A stretch of DNA of 64,000 nt from an uncultured bacterium (GCA_963798465.1 CAWCTC010000001.1:528465-592464), one strand, 5' to 3'. Positions 1 through 10,195 are shown, counted from the first letter of the stretch. Notes: generated by a model from the sequence alone, not told the origin. Numbers and translations: made by a program.

Positions 1-1188
1 ATCGTCACTTGCTCCACATCTTTGAACATCTTTTTGAAAATTCAAAATATTTGAAAGCTCAGCTCCTTGAAATTTATAAACAGCTTGATCATCGTCTCCA
101 ACGACCATGATATTCGGCTTGCCTTCGTTCACCGGAGCATCGGTGATAAGCTGTAACAGTTCCATTTGCGCGCCATTCGTATCCTGAAATTCATCCACGA
201 GAATATATTGATATTGTTCTTGAATCTCATATCTGAGCGATGGATTCTGTTTCAAAGCCACTTTGCAATCGAGAATCATATCGTCAAAATCATAATATCC
301 TTTTTCAAACATCGTTTTTCTATAATCGGCATAAATGTCGGCAAAAGCTAAAAGTTTTTCCACATAAAGCGTATCTTTCAAAACAGAATTATTTTCGTCA
401 TCTTTTTTCAATTTATTTTCTTTCCAAGCGGAAAGCGGAATTGTCTTGCCGAGTTCATCGGCTTCTTCTGTAGATTTTTTTAATGTTTCATATATGGATG
501 AAGCCAGATCCTTGAAAAAAATATTCGGAAAATCTTTTGCAGATTTCTCGGCGATTTTTTTCAGCTTTTCCAATCCAGCGTAGGATTTTGATATCGATTC
601 TTTGCTGAGTCTGTCGGAAAAAATACTTTGGATAATTTCATTTATTTCGGAAATGAATTTTTTATTATGATTCAATATTTTTATAAAATCATCAGGAAGA
701 ATGCCAGCTTTTTTCAGATTGCCGATAAGATATAAAGAATCTTTCAGATAAACGAAACCCTGCTCTGGATGAACTGCACTGAGCGGATTTTTATGCGGAA
801 GCTTTTCAAAAATTTCTTCAAGCATCTGCACCTGAGTCAATTCGTCAGCTGGAGAAAAATATGCTCCGCTATAAAAATATTCCGGATATTTCTGGATTAT
901 TTCCACGCAAAAATTATGGAAAGTGTGAATTGCTACGCGATAACCTTCTTGGCCGATAAGCTTAGTCAGGCGATTTCTCATGTTTGCTGAAGCAGCTTCC
1001 GTGAAAGTCAGGCAAAGAATATTTGAAGCAAGAATCTGCGATTCTTGCAAAATCTTTCCAACTCTCAAACTCAAGATTTCCGTTTTTCCGGAACCAGGAC
1101 CAGCAATAACAAGAAGCGGACCGTCTATTGTGTCTACAGCTTTCTTTTGTTGTTTGTTTAGTTCTTTGTAGCGTTCGGTAAAACTCAT
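1..1188 (-). CDS. UvrD/PcrA-family ATP-dependent DNA helicase, N-terminal ~396 codons (gene continues past the left edge)
   Basis: Own minus-strand translation from ATG 1188..1186 gives MSFTERYKELNKQQKKAVDTIDGPLLVIAGPGSGKTEILSLRVGKIL (Walker A), then LCLTFTEAASANMRNRL, and later ILVDEFQDTNGAQMELLQL (DEFQD codons at 181-195). The frame is the same at both ends. It is missing from the ORF track only because no stop lies inside the window. Confidence 0.9.
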   Translation of the reverse strand, partial: MSFTERYKELNKQQKKAVDTIDGPLLVIAGPGSGKTEILSLRVGKILQESQILASNILCLTFTEAASANMRNRLTKLIGQEGYRVAIHTFHNFCVEIIQKYPEYFYSGAYFSPADELTQVQMLEEIFEKLPHKNPLSAVHPEQGFVYLKDSLYLIGNLKKAGILPDDFIKILNHNKKFISEINEIIQSIFSDRLSKESISKSYAGLEKLKKIAEKSAKDFPNIFFKDLASSIYETLKKSTEEADELGKTIPLSAWKENKLKKDDENNSVLKDTLYVEKLLAFADIYADYRKTMFEKGYYDFDDMILDCKVALKQNPSLRYEIQEQYQYILVDEFQDTNGAQMELLQLITDAPVNEGKPNIMVVGDDDQAVYKFQGAELSNILNFQKDVQRCGASDD

Positions 1189-1234
1189 ATAAGTATTTTA
1201 ACATAAAATACCACTAAGTATTAAACAAAAAAAA

Positions 1235-2345
1235 TTAGAATTTAACTGTCAGCGGACTTCCAAGCCCAGTTATATAATCATAATGTTTTCTGGCTGTGCA
1301 GAAAAATGTGCATGAGCCATTTGTGCCGGAAGTAATATCGCGGAAATAGTCAGCATAATTTGTCTGTTCTTTATCTGAATATAATTTTGTATTTGAAACT
1401 GAAAGCCCGAGAGATTGAATCGCCGCCCATTGCGGAGCTCCAGCGGATGTGCCACCGACAACATACCAAGTGCCTTTAGTCGCCGAGCTTGACCAATAAA
1501 CAGAAAATCCTGAAGCTGGATCTGCGTCATAAGAAACATCAGGAATTGCTCTCATGCCGTTTGATTTTGAAATTGAATAATTGGATTGATAGCTCGGCGA
1601 TTTTTCATACGCGCTGACTCCTCCACCGCTTCCGTTCCAAGCAGTTTCTTTTTTAAAAGTTCCGCTGGCAGAAAATGCAACTGTTGTTCCGCCGACACCG
1701 ATTACATTCGGCGATGATGCCGGCCAAGATGCTCCCGCGCCATCATCTCCGCTTGATGCAAAAAATATTGCGCCAGACTTACTTACAAAATGATTATCCA
1801 TTGAAATTTCTTCGGGGAATTCCGCTCCGCCCCAGCTCATCGAAACTGCAACAACATCTTTTCTTCAGGCGGCATAATCAACGGCATTTATCAAATTTGT
1901 TCCGCTCGGAGTCGTAGCTTCGACGAGAAGAATTTTTGCATTCGGCGCAATCGCATGAATCCATTCGATATCAAGCGAAGTTTCTCCGCGCCAGCCAGAG
2001 TTTGTTTTTATCGTCGAAGACATTTTGTGAATTTCGAGACAGCCGTTTTTGACTGTGCAATCCGGCAGATTGAATTGTTTTGAAAAAGTTCCCAAATCTT
2101 TTTCGATATATTGATCGTCATAAGCATCAATGACTGCGACTGTTCCGTTTCCACCGGTTTTTGGCAGATTATAAATTGCTTTTATCTCGTCAGGAGTCAG
2201 ACCCTGCGGGAATTTTTGAGGAGTTTGCAGAAATATGAATTGGCGGTTTGCCTTTAAAATTTGCAAAATGATAAGAAGCCTCTGTTTTTGGAGTTGCAAT
2301 TAAAAAATAAAAAATCAGGGCAAAAATTGCAAAATATTTTTTCAT
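1235..2345 (-). pseudogene. Sedolisin-type (S53) secreted peptidase, reading frame interrupted (one 1-nt shift plus one in-frame TGA)
   Basis: Three pieces fit one protein. The signal-peptide ORF starts at ATG 2345 (MKKYFAIFALIFYFLIATPKTEA..). ORF 1865..2299 carries VAVIDAYDD and GETSLDIEWIHAIAP. ORF 1235..1840 carries SSGDDGAG and GGTSAGAPQWAA. The 2345 frame and the 2299 frame differ by 1 nt near 2225. The last two ORFs share one frame and are separated by TGA at 1865-1867 (..DYAA*RKDVVAVSMSWGG..). Confidence 0.8.
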
Positions 2346-2446
2346 CTGCAAGCATTTTACATGCGAAAATTTTTAATTGCAAATTTTTTCCGCAAAATTT
2401 TGTTGATAACTTTTAAAAAAGATTACTGAAAGTAATCTTTTTTATT

Positions 2447-3325
2447 TTATTTATTTAAAGCTAAATTATATTGAGGAAGCTCCTCGGCATAGATTTTTTG
2501 AATATCAGTAGCAGTTAAAGCTTCCGTATATATCCTAAAGTTATTCATCATTCCATTCATAGTAAATCCACTAGTATTACAAGCGGCTCCAATTTGGGAA
2601 TAACCTAAAGTAGTGAAATTAAAAGGTACAGAAATTGTCTGTGCAGTATCTAAATTACCATTAACATAAAGACTTACATAATTGGTAGAACGAGAATATG
2701 TTGCCACAACATACATCCATCTGCCTTGTGGTAATTTTTTACCATCTGTAACACTAGCTCCATAATTATATAAAGATAATAAATTATTATTAACACCGAA
2801 TAAAACACTGAGACCACCGCTATTGTTCTGACGTTCACAAAACATTGTCTCTTCTATATTTCCATTAAATAGCACATTATTTGAATAATTTATCCAAGCA
2901 CCAATAGTAAAATCTGTATTGCCCAGCATGGGTGATGTTGGTAATGGCAAATAAATTATAGCTGATGGAAGAATAAAATTATATGCTCCTTTACCATTAT
3001 ATCCTCCGTTTGGAACAAAACTGACATTAGAAATAGTTCCATTAATATTATGACCTGAAGTATCAGTTGCAATTCCTGAACTGCCAGGATTACTATTCAT
3101 CAACCATTCCCCGGCTAATTGATCTCCTGTATCATGAAGTATCGTAGCTTCAAATTGTTCTCCGGCAGCAATATTTGCACTATCTCTTGCTCCATTCAAA
3201 CCTGCCATAACTACGCTTGAAAGCAGAGCGATGATAGAAATAACGACAAGCAATTCTATAAGAGTGAACCCTGTAGTAGAGTTTTGTCTCAGATTATTAT
3301 TTAGTTTTTTAAAATTTTTATACAT
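2447..3325 (-). CDS. Type IV pilin/pseudopilin-like protein with LamG (concanavalin-like) domain
   Basis: N-terminal prepilin signature ..TTGFTLIELLVVISIIALL. The C-terminal part has LamG-like strands (RWMYVVATYSRSTNYVSLYVNGNL, NNFRIYTEALTATDIQKIY). Confidence 0.8.
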   Translation of the reverse strand: MYKNFKKLNNNLRQNSTTGFTLIELLVVISIIALLSSVVMAGLNGARDSANIAAGEQFEATILHDTGDQLAGEWLMNSNPGSSGIATDTSGHNINGTISNVSFVPNGGYNGKGAYNFILPSAIIYLPLPTSPMLGNTDFTIGAWINYSNNVLFNGNIEETMFCERQNNSGGLSVLFGVNNNLLSLYNYGASVTDGKKLPQGRWMYVVATYSRSTNYVSLYVNGNLDTAQTISVPFNFTTLGYSQIGAACNTSGFTMNGMMNNFRIYTEALTATDIQKIYAEELPQYNLALNK

Positions 3326-3412
3326 TTACTACAGTTTTTTTATTTTATAGATTCAGATAAACTCACTACAGGGCAAGACTTTTTTTCAATTTTGAATTTT
3401 TTATCATCTTGA

Positions 3413-3652
3413 TTACGAATGCAAGCTATTCATGCCGGCTTTAAAAAGATTCCAAAGAATATTCCAGACATAAGTCACAGGACCGGACAGATAATTATTC
3501 CATATCATCACGCAAAAATTCCAAGCAGCATTCAGATTTGCCTGAACAGTCGGGCTGTTAAAAATATCTTTTATATTAAAACCAAAATAACCCAAAATGA
3601 TGAGAGCAATTATTATCACTATGATAGTTCCTATCAATCCTTTTTTATACAT
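3413..3652 (-). CDS. Small membrane protein, unknown function
   Basis: 79-aa ORF with one clear TM helix (LIGTIIVIIIALIILGYFGF). It lies between the pilin and M23 genes on the same strand. Confidence 0.5.
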   Translation of the reverse strand: MYKKGLIGTIIVIIIALIILGYFGFNIKDIFNSPTVQANLNAAWNFCVMIWNNYLSGPVTYVWNILWNLFKAGMNSLHS

Positions 3653-3772
3653 AAGATTATTTATTAAAATTAACTAAATTACTTCCCCATTATTTTAACA
3701 TATTTATAGAATAACAGAAAAGCTCCGATATGAACTTTTTTGGCCAGCAAAAAACTGCCCGAATTATAAAAA

Positions 3773-5101
3773 TCAATCCAGCGATGGCAAGTAAAGCATC
3801 GGGTCAAGATAGGCGCTCAAATCCGCAACCGGCATGGTGTAAGTTCCATCGCAAACTTTGCTTTTATAGCTGGTTATTTCCGAACCTTGCGTAACATACA
3901 GGCCAAAATGCAAATGAGGTCCGGTCGTGAAGCCGGTAAGACCTGTGTATCCTATTATATCGCCAGTAGAAACATGATCGCCGGGTTTTACTTTTATTAT
4001 GGATAAGTGCGCATATATTGTTGAAAGTCCATTCGGATATTGCAAAAATACCCATTTTCCAAAAGATGCGCCAGGACAAACTGTGTCCGTATCTCCCGTT
4101 CCTTCAACTACTCCGGAAAGTGCGGCATAAGCCGGCGTCCCGATCGGCGCGGCAAAATCCACTCCGTTGTGTCCGTTGCCATTATAAGCAGTAGTTGTTT
4201 TTGAAAAATCGGTTATACCAAAAGGCTGAGTAACTCTTATTGAATTCAAAGGCCAATCTAAAATTCCATGGCTTGGCGAAGGATAGCTGTTCGTATTAAC
4301 AGTAAGATTAAGTTGTGATTGAAATTGTGCAAACTCTTTATCAAACGCATCGGCTTTAGCTTTTTCGTCCGCCAGCATTTTTTCATAATTCGTTTCGGAA
4401 TTTTTGGTAGTGGACAATAATGTATTTTTTTCATCTTTCGAAATTTCAAGAACTTGTTCTTGATCCGTCAGACTTGATTCTAATTTAAGCAGACTTTCTT
4501 TTTTCTGTTCAGCCTGAGTTTTATTATTTTGCAAAGTATTTGTCGTATCTTTTGTTTCAGAAACTTTTTCTTTTATATTATTCTGAATTGAATAAGTATT
4601 CTGCATATCGTTCCATAATTCAGACAAATCATTGTATGTCAGAAGGTTCTCTATCAAAGAATTGCTGTCATTATAATTTACTTCCTTGATAAGATTCGAC
4701 AGCACTTTTGTATCCGCATTTATAGTATCGATATTTTTGCCAATGTCTTTAGTCAGCTGAGTAATTTGAAGGCCTGTAGAATCTATGTCATTCTGAGTGA
4801 CTTTTATATCTAAAGAATTCTTATTTATATTTGCATTCAATGTTTTTATCGCATTGCTCAAAGATGAAGACTGAGTGCTTAAATTCTTCAATTGTTCTTC
4901 ATCAGCAGCTATCTGTTTTTCCAATTGAGTTTTTGTATCGGTTATCTGCTGTATTTGATTTGTTACCGAATCTGTCGTACTGGCAAAGGAAGTGGTTTGA
5001 GCATGAACAAAATCGCATTTTAAAAATACAAAAAATAAAATTAAAAAAACCGCAATAAATAATTTTTTGGCAAAGCAAATTGTATTATTTTTATGGTTCA
5101 T
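3773..5101 (-). CDS. M23 (LytM-type) metallopeptidase with long N-terminal coiled coil
   Basis: 442 aa with a signal/TM segment, a Q/N/K/L-rich coiled-coil region, and M23 motifs HNGVDFAAPIGTPAYA and GPHLHFGLY. Confidence 0.9.
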   Translation of the reverse strand: MNHKNNTICFAKKLFIAVFLILFFVFLKCDFVHAQTTSFASTTDSVTNQIQQITDTKTQLEKQIAADEEQLKNLSTQSSSLSNAIKTLNANINKNSLDIKVTQNDIDSTGLQITQLTKDIGKNIDTINADTKVLSNLIKEVNYNDSNSLIENLLTYNDLSELWNDMQNTYSIQNNIKEKVSETKDTTNTLQNNKTQAEQKKESLLKLESSLTDQEQVLEISKDEKNTLLSTTKNSETNYEKMLADEKAKADAFDKEFAQFQSQLNLTVNTNSYPSPSHGILDWPLNSIRVTQPFGITDFSKTTTAYNGNGHNGVDFAAPIGTPAYAALSGVVEGTGDTDTVCPGASFGKWVFLQYPNGLSTIYAHLSIIKVKPGDHVSTGDIIGYTGLTGFTTGPHLHFGLYVTQGSEITSYKSKVCDGTYTMPVADLSAYLDPMLYLPSLD

Positions 5102-5129
5102 TTTATTAAAATCAAATCAAACCAAAAAA

Positions 5130-6581
5130 TTATATGAAATTTATTGCGTTTTTGATTCTTTTTATCGATTCATTCTTGCCCAAAAGAAATAGCAATGTGA
5201 AAGGGTCCGGGGATTTTTCTTTTCCGGATAATGCGACACGAAGTGGCCAAAGAACATTGCCTTTTCCTTTTTCTTCAGCAAATTTCATCAAATTTTCCTT
5301 TATTATTTCCAGAGTGAAATCCTTATCTGAAATTTTGTTCAAAATATCTGTAACTAGCGACAGGTTTTCCTTGGCTTGTTCCAATGTTCCGCCTTTTTTC
5401 CAAACAATCATTTCTTTTGACAATTTTGGCTCTTCAAAAAAATATTGGATATCACCGTCGAGAACCATCTTGTCTATATCTGAAAAAACATTTATTCTTT
5501 CTGCAATTGTATCAGAAATTTTTCCAATTATTTTTTCATCTTGGCAATTTTCCGGAAATCTTTTCTTTATTTCTTCGACAATTTTTTCTTTAGGTAATTT
5601 TTTGATGTATTCTTTATTAAACCACAATAATTTTTCCTCATTAAATTTACCGCCAGCAGACTGGATTTTATTTATATCAAAAGCTTCTATAATTTCTTTA
5701 ATGCTCATAATTTCTCTTTCATCTCCCGGATTCCATCCTATAAAAGCTAAAAAATTTATTATAGCTTCCGGAAGATAACCTTCGCTTTTATAATCTAGAA
5801 TATCTTTTGCTCCATCTCTCTTTCCAAGCTTTTTTTTGCCATCTGGCCCCATAATTGGAGGTAGCGTGGCAAATTCCGGTCTTGTTATACCAAGCGCTTC
5901 ATATAATGCTAAAAATTTTGGAGTTGATGATATAAATTCATCGGCACGAAATATATGAGTTACTCCCATATATAAATCATCAATAATATGCGCAAAATTG
6001 TAAGTCGGATATCCATCGCTTTTCATTAAAATAAAATCATCAAGAGCTTCCGGTCCAGCAGAAAGTTCGCCTCGAACTAAATCGTTCCATACATATCTTT
6101 TAATATCTATTATTTTTAGTCTGAGAGGTTTAGTTCCATCCCATTTTGGCGGATTTTCAGGTCTATGATCCCTGTAAAGAAAGGCCTTTTTGTCTTCATC
6201 GGATTTTTTTCTAAATGTTTCAAGTTCTTCTTCTGTGTATGGATCTGCATAAGCTAATCCCTTTTCATATAATTCTTGTGCATATTTTTTATAGGTTTCC
6301 AATCTTTGAGATTGAATATATGGTCCATTTGGTCCACCGATATCTGGGCCCTCATCCCAATTCAAACCAAGCCATTTTAAAGATTTAATTATATGTTCAA
6401 TAGATCCCTCAACTTCTCTTTTTTTATCGGTATCCTCAATTCTTAATATAAAAATGCCTTTATTTTTTTTAGCAAAAAGCCAAGAAAATAAAGCTGTTCT
6501 GACACCTCCAACATGCATAAATCCCGTCGGGCTCGGCGCAAATCTTGTAATTATTTTATTATTATTTTTCATTTTTGACAT
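5130..6581 (-). CDS. gltX: Glutamyl-tRNA synthetase
   Basis: 483 aa with class I motifs PSPTGFMHVGG (HIGH-type) and KLGKRDG (KMSKS-type). Confidence 0.95.
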   Translation of the reverse strand: MSKMKNNNKIITRFAPSPTGFMHVGGVRTALFSWLFAKKNKGIFILRIEDTDKKREVEGSIEHIIKSLKWLGLNWDEGPDIGGPNGPYIQSQRLETYKKYAQELYEKGLAYADPYTEEELETFRKKSDEDKKAFLYRDHRPENPPKWDGTKPLRLKIIDIKRYVWNDLVRGELSAGPEALDDFILMKSDGYPTYNFAHIIDDLYMGVTHIFRADEFISSTPKFLALYEALGITRPEFATLPPIMGPDGKKKLGKRDGAKDILDYKSEGYLPEAIINFLAFIGWNPGDEREIMSIKEIIEAFDINKIQSAGGKFNEEKLLWFNKEYIKKLPKEKIVEEIKKRFPENCQDEKIIGKISDTIAERINVFSDIDKMVLDGDIQYFFEEPKLSKEMIVWKKGGTLEQAKENLSLVTDILNKISDKDFTLEIIKENLMKFAEEKGKGNVLWPLRVALSGKEKSPDPFTLLFLLGKNESIKRIKNAINFI

Positions 6582-6583
6582 AA

Positions 6584-7714
6584 TTAATTTTCATGCTGCA
6601 GGCCGATTTTTATTATTTCATGAGCTATCAGATCAGCTGCATCGCCTTTTATAAAACTCTTTGCACCTTCGCTCATTTTTTTCTGCAGATTGTTATCATC
6701 CATAATTCTAGTAATTTCAGAAAGCAATATATTCGGCGAAAGGTTAATTTCTTCTATGACGATTGCTCCGCCTGATCTCGCATAGTTGTAAGCATTCTGC
6801 CTTTGATGATCTCCATTCGTATCTGCAATCGGAATAATTATGCTAGGAATTCCCCAGTATGCAATTTCAAAAATTGCCGAACCGGCTCTTGAAACAATCA
6901 AGCTTGAAGCGCCTGCAGACATACTCATATTCAAATCGTCAAGATAATCAAACGGTCTGTATCTGTTTTTCAGTTTATTATCTGTCAAAACTACGCCGGA
7001 AGTTCCCAAAACTTCTTCAATATTTGCCTTTCCAACTTGATGAATAACATAATATTTTTCGACAAGAGCCGGTAATATACTCATAATCTGATCATTTATA
7101 ATTTTTGCGCCAAGCGATCCGCCCAAAATAAGTATCGTTGGAATATCTTCCATCAAATTTAAAAATTTTCTTGCATCATCTCTAGCAGGAAGCATTTGGA
7201 TGCTTTTTCTTACAGGATTTCCGGTAACCGCAACTTTTTTGGAATCAAAATATTTTGCGGCTTCGGGATAAGAAACGGCAACCCTTTGTGCAAATTTTGC
7301 CGCCCAGGCATTTGTCCTTCCTGGCGCGCTGTCTGATTCATGTACTACCACAGGTATCCTCAATATTTTTGCGGCAAACAGAACAGGAAAACTTGAATAA
7401 GCTCCTTTGCTAAAAATAACGTCGGGATAAAGATTGAAAACTTTTATTGTCGCGTCTATCACTCCGAAAAATGTTTTGAAAAAATCAAAAAAATTAAGTA
7501 TGGAAAAATATCTTCTGGATTTGCCAGCAGAAATTTTTATATATTCGATATTATTTTCTAAAAGCATATCGGCATCATGCGGAGAATCCGACATATAAAA
7601 AAGCTGTATCGGAAGAAGTTTTTCATCCTTTACGATTTTATTTATCGATTCGGCAACCGCTATGAGAGGATAAAAATGTCCGCCTGTGCCTCCTCCTGTT
7701 AAAAGAATTTTCAT
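6584..7714 (-). CDS. murG: Lipid II-forming UDP-GlcNAc transferase MurG
   Basis: N-terminus MKILLTGGGTGGHFYPLIAV, 376 aa, and it follows ftsW in a dcw-type cluster. Confidence 0.93.
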   Translation of the reverse strand: MKILLTGGGTGGHFYPLIAVAESINKIVKDEKLLPIQLFYMSDSPHDADMLLENNIEYIKISAGKSRRYFSILNFFDFFKTFFGVIDATIKVFNLYPDVIFSKGAYSSFPVLFAAKILRIPVVVHESDSAPGRTNAWAAKFAQRVAVSYPEAAKYFDSKKVAVTGNPVRKSIQMLPARDDARKFLNLMEDIPTILILGGSLGAKIINDQIMSILPALVEKYYVIHQVGKANIEEVLGTSGVVLTDNKLKNRYRPFDYLDDLNMSMSAGASSLIVSRAGSAIFEIAYWGIPSIIIPIADTNGDHQRQNAYNYARSGGAIVIEEINLSPNILLSEITRIMDDNNLQKKMSEGAKSFIKGDAADLIAHEIIKIGLQHEN

Positions 7715-7717
7715 TTA

Positions 7718-7852
7718 CCCGAGAAAATTTTTGCCGATAAAAATCACTGTTTCGACAAAACAGCGATATATGTTATTCTTTTTGATTAATTTTGTCATCA
7801 TTGCGGGTTGTAAATAATAATTTTTAGAAACGTCGACAAAAACTTTAACAGG
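7718..7852 (+). repeat. MITE-like element, family C, copy 1 (imperfect terminal inverted repeats)
   Basis: Termini are CCCGAGAAAATTTTTGCCGA and TCGACAAAAACTTTAACAGG; the reverse complement of the right end aligns with the left end. It is nearly identical to copy 2 at 8982-9117. It fills the ftsW-murG spacer and stops 3 nt from the murG start codon. Confidence 0.85.
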
Positions 7853-7868
7853 TGAATTATTTTTTAAA

Positions 7869-8978
7869 TCAAGCTTTTTTATTAAATCTGGACACGCTTA
7901 AAATTATTCCTATTTGAACCAAAAGTATGAACATTGCGGTTCCTCCTTGGCTGAAAAAAGCCAAAGGCAATCCTGAAAAAGGAACGATGCCCAATACTGA
8001 AGCTATATTTATAAAAGACTGCAGTATCGTAAGTATAACAATTCCGAACACCAAAAGTCCACCGAAAGGATCAACAGATTTTATAGCTATTCTAAAACCG
8101 AAAAATACGAAAAATAAAAATAAGATTATTATAGAAACACATCCGACAAAGCCCAGCTCCTCGCCAAGCACGGCAAAAATCGTGTCGCTTATCGACTCCG
8201 GAAGAAATTGATATTTTTGAATGCTCTGTCCCAAACCTTTTCCAAAAATCTCTCCGGAACCGACGGCGATCAAGGATTGCTGAACTTGATATCCGGCATT
8301 TTGAGAATCGGCTGACGGATGTATAAAAGTTTGTATTCTCGACATGACATACGGTCTGGTAAAAGCCAAAATCGCTATGCAGATTATTCCAAGTGCGCCC
8401 AAAATAAAAACATATTTGATTTTTCCACCGGCAATTATGAACATTGAGATTAGTGCAATACAAATAATTACAAAGGAATCCGTATCAGGCTGAGCCAAAA
8501 GAAGAGCACCGACAATACCCATGATGACAAGCAGAGGCACAAAACCGAATTTGAAAGTTGAAACTTTTTCTTTTATCGATGAAAGCCATGCAGCCCAATA
8601 GACAATTACGCCTATATTCAATATTTCAACAGGTTGGAAAGAAAAACCGAAGATGGAAATCCATCTTTTTGCGAAAGTATTGAGATTTGTCCCGATATGA
8701 GGAACAAAAACCAAAGCAGTAAAAATCAATGAACCTATTAAGATAGGAAAAGAATATTTTTTAAGAATTTTATAATCTATTTTTATAAAAATAAAACATG
8801 CCAGTCCGCCGAGGATTATCCCGAAAAATATCTGCTTGAAAACCACGGATGCAAATTGAGTGCTGTTTTTTGCAAGTATTCCCATGGAAGCCGAAACAAA
8901 AATAGTAAAGCCGATAACCATGAGAATGATTACTATTCCAAGAAAAACTTTATCGATTCCTTTGCTGTTTGATGACAT
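7869..8978 (-). CDS. ftsW: SEDS-family peptidoglycan polymerase FtsW/RodA
   Basis: 369 aa, about 10 TM helices, located between mraY and murG. Confidence 0.9.
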   Translation of the reverse strand: MSSNSKGIDKVFLGIVIILMVIGFTIFVSASMGILAKNSTQFASVVFKQIFFGIILGGLACFIFIKIDYKILKKYSFPILIGSLIFTALVFVPHIGTNLNTFAKRWISIFGFSFQPVEILNIGVIVYWAAWLSSIKEKVSTFKFGFVPLLVIMGIVGALLLAQPDTDSFVIICIALISMFIIAGGKIKYVFILGALGIICIAILAFTRPYVMSRIQTFIHPSADSQNAGYQVQQSLIAVGSGEIFGKGLGQSIQKYQFLPESISDTIFAVLGEELGFVGCVSIIILFLFFVFFGFRIAIKSVDPFGGLLVFGIVILTILQSFINIASVLGIVPFSGLPLAFFSQGGTAMFILLVQIGIILSVSRFNKKA

Positions 8979-8981
8979 TTA

Positions 8982-9117
8982 CCCGAGAAAATTTTTGCCG
9001 ATAAAAATTACTGTTTCGGCAAAACAGCAATATACGTTATTCTTTTTGATTAATTTTGTCATCATTGCGGATTTTTAAATAATAATTTTTAGAAACGTCG
9101 ACAAAAACTTTAGCGGG
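8982..9117 (+). repeat. MITE-like element, family C, copy 2
   Basis: Termini are CCCGAGAAAATTTTTGCCGA and CGACAAAAACTTTAGCGGG. It fills the mraY-ftsW spacer and begins 3 nt from the ftsW start codon (..GACATTTA|CCCGAG). Confidence 0.85.
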
Positions 9118-9118
9118 T

Positions 9119-10195
9119 TTATATTTTTATCAAAGCCAAAATTACGCCGAATATCGCACAGACGATTCCAACGACCCAATATCTCATTGTGACTTTGGAC
9201 GCTGGCCAGCCTTTCGCTTCAAAATGGTGATGGACCGGAGCAACCAGAAAAACCTTTTTACCATGCCTGAATTTTTTTGAACAGACTTGTATTATCACCG
9301 ATAGAGAAGTTACAACTAAAGGAAATGCTATAATCGGCAAAACTGCGATTCCTCTTCCATCGCCCATTGAGTCCGTCATGAAAGCGACTATCGCTAAAGT
9401 GATTGTAAGCGCCATGCTTCCCGTCTCTGACATATAAAATCTTGCCGGCGGAATATTAAACCAGAGAAATGCCAGAATTGCACCGACGAGAACTGCGCAG
9501 AAAGCTGCAAGATTTATCTGATTTTGAAAAAATGCAATACCGGCGTATGCGGCAAAGATAGAAGCAAAAACTCCTCCGGCAAGCCCGTCTATTCCATCAA
9601 TAACTCCGCCTGAATAAATAAATAAAGTTATGAGAACGAAAACAGGAATAAACCATAGGCCCAAGATTGTTTTGCCCATAAAAGGAATGCTTATGCTATT
9701 TACATCCAATTTAAAATAAAACCAAAGAGAAATTAAAAATGAAATTATTCCGACAAAAAACAATCTCTTTTTTAAAGAAAGTCCGCCGGCATAATTTCCG
9801 CCACCGCCTTTTATTTCCAAAACATCATCTACAAGACCTACAATAGCTCCGAGAAAAAGTACAGAAAGAGGAATCCATGTTTGATCTCTGCTTAAAAAAT
9901 CCAGTTTGGAAAAAATACTTCCTGGAAATAAATGGCTGAACAGCCAGAAAACTAAAGTTGTAACAATTGCCGACATCCAAATCAATATTCCACCCATTCT
10001 CGGTGTGCTTACTTCCCTTTCTGCGTGCAAACTGCTGAAAATCGGCGTGCCTCCACCATCTATTGAAACGCTTTTGACTTTCTTCTTCCACATTTTATTC
10101 CTGTATAAAAATTCTGTAAGCAAAGGAGCGGAAAACATTCCGATAATGAAAGCTATTATTGATGGCAGGATTACTTTTACTAAATCGATTTGCAT
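9119..10195 (-). CDS. mraY: Phospho-N-acetylmuramoyl-pentapeptide transferase MraY
   Basis: 358-aa polytopic protein with motifs GLVDDVLEIKGG, VIDGIDGLAGG and APVHHHFE. Confidence 0.95.
   Translation of the reverse strand: MQIDLVKVILPSIIAFIIGMFSAPLLTEFLYRNKMWKKKVKSVSIDGGGTPIFSSLHAEREVSTPRMGGILIWMSAIVTTLVFWLFSHLFPGSIFSKLDFLSRDQTWIPLSVLFLGAIVGLVDDVLEIKGGGGNYAGGLSLKKRLFFVGIISFLISLWFYFKLDVNSISIPFMGKTILGLWFIPVFVLITLFIYSGGVIDGIDGLAGGVFASIFAAYAGIAFFQNQINLAAFCAVLVGAILAFLWFNIPPARFYMSETGSMALTITLAIVAFMTDSMGDGRGIAVLPIIAFPLVVTSLSVIIQVCSKKFRHGKKVFLVAPVHHHFEAKGWPASKVTMRYWVVGIVCAIFGVILALIKI

Noticed and set aside
1865-1867. Selenocysteine at the in-frame TGA of the S53 peptidase
   Set aside because: There is no SECIS-like hairpin immediately downstream and no sel genes in the window. 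The position is not a catalytic Cys/Sec site in this family, and the gene also carries a frameshift.
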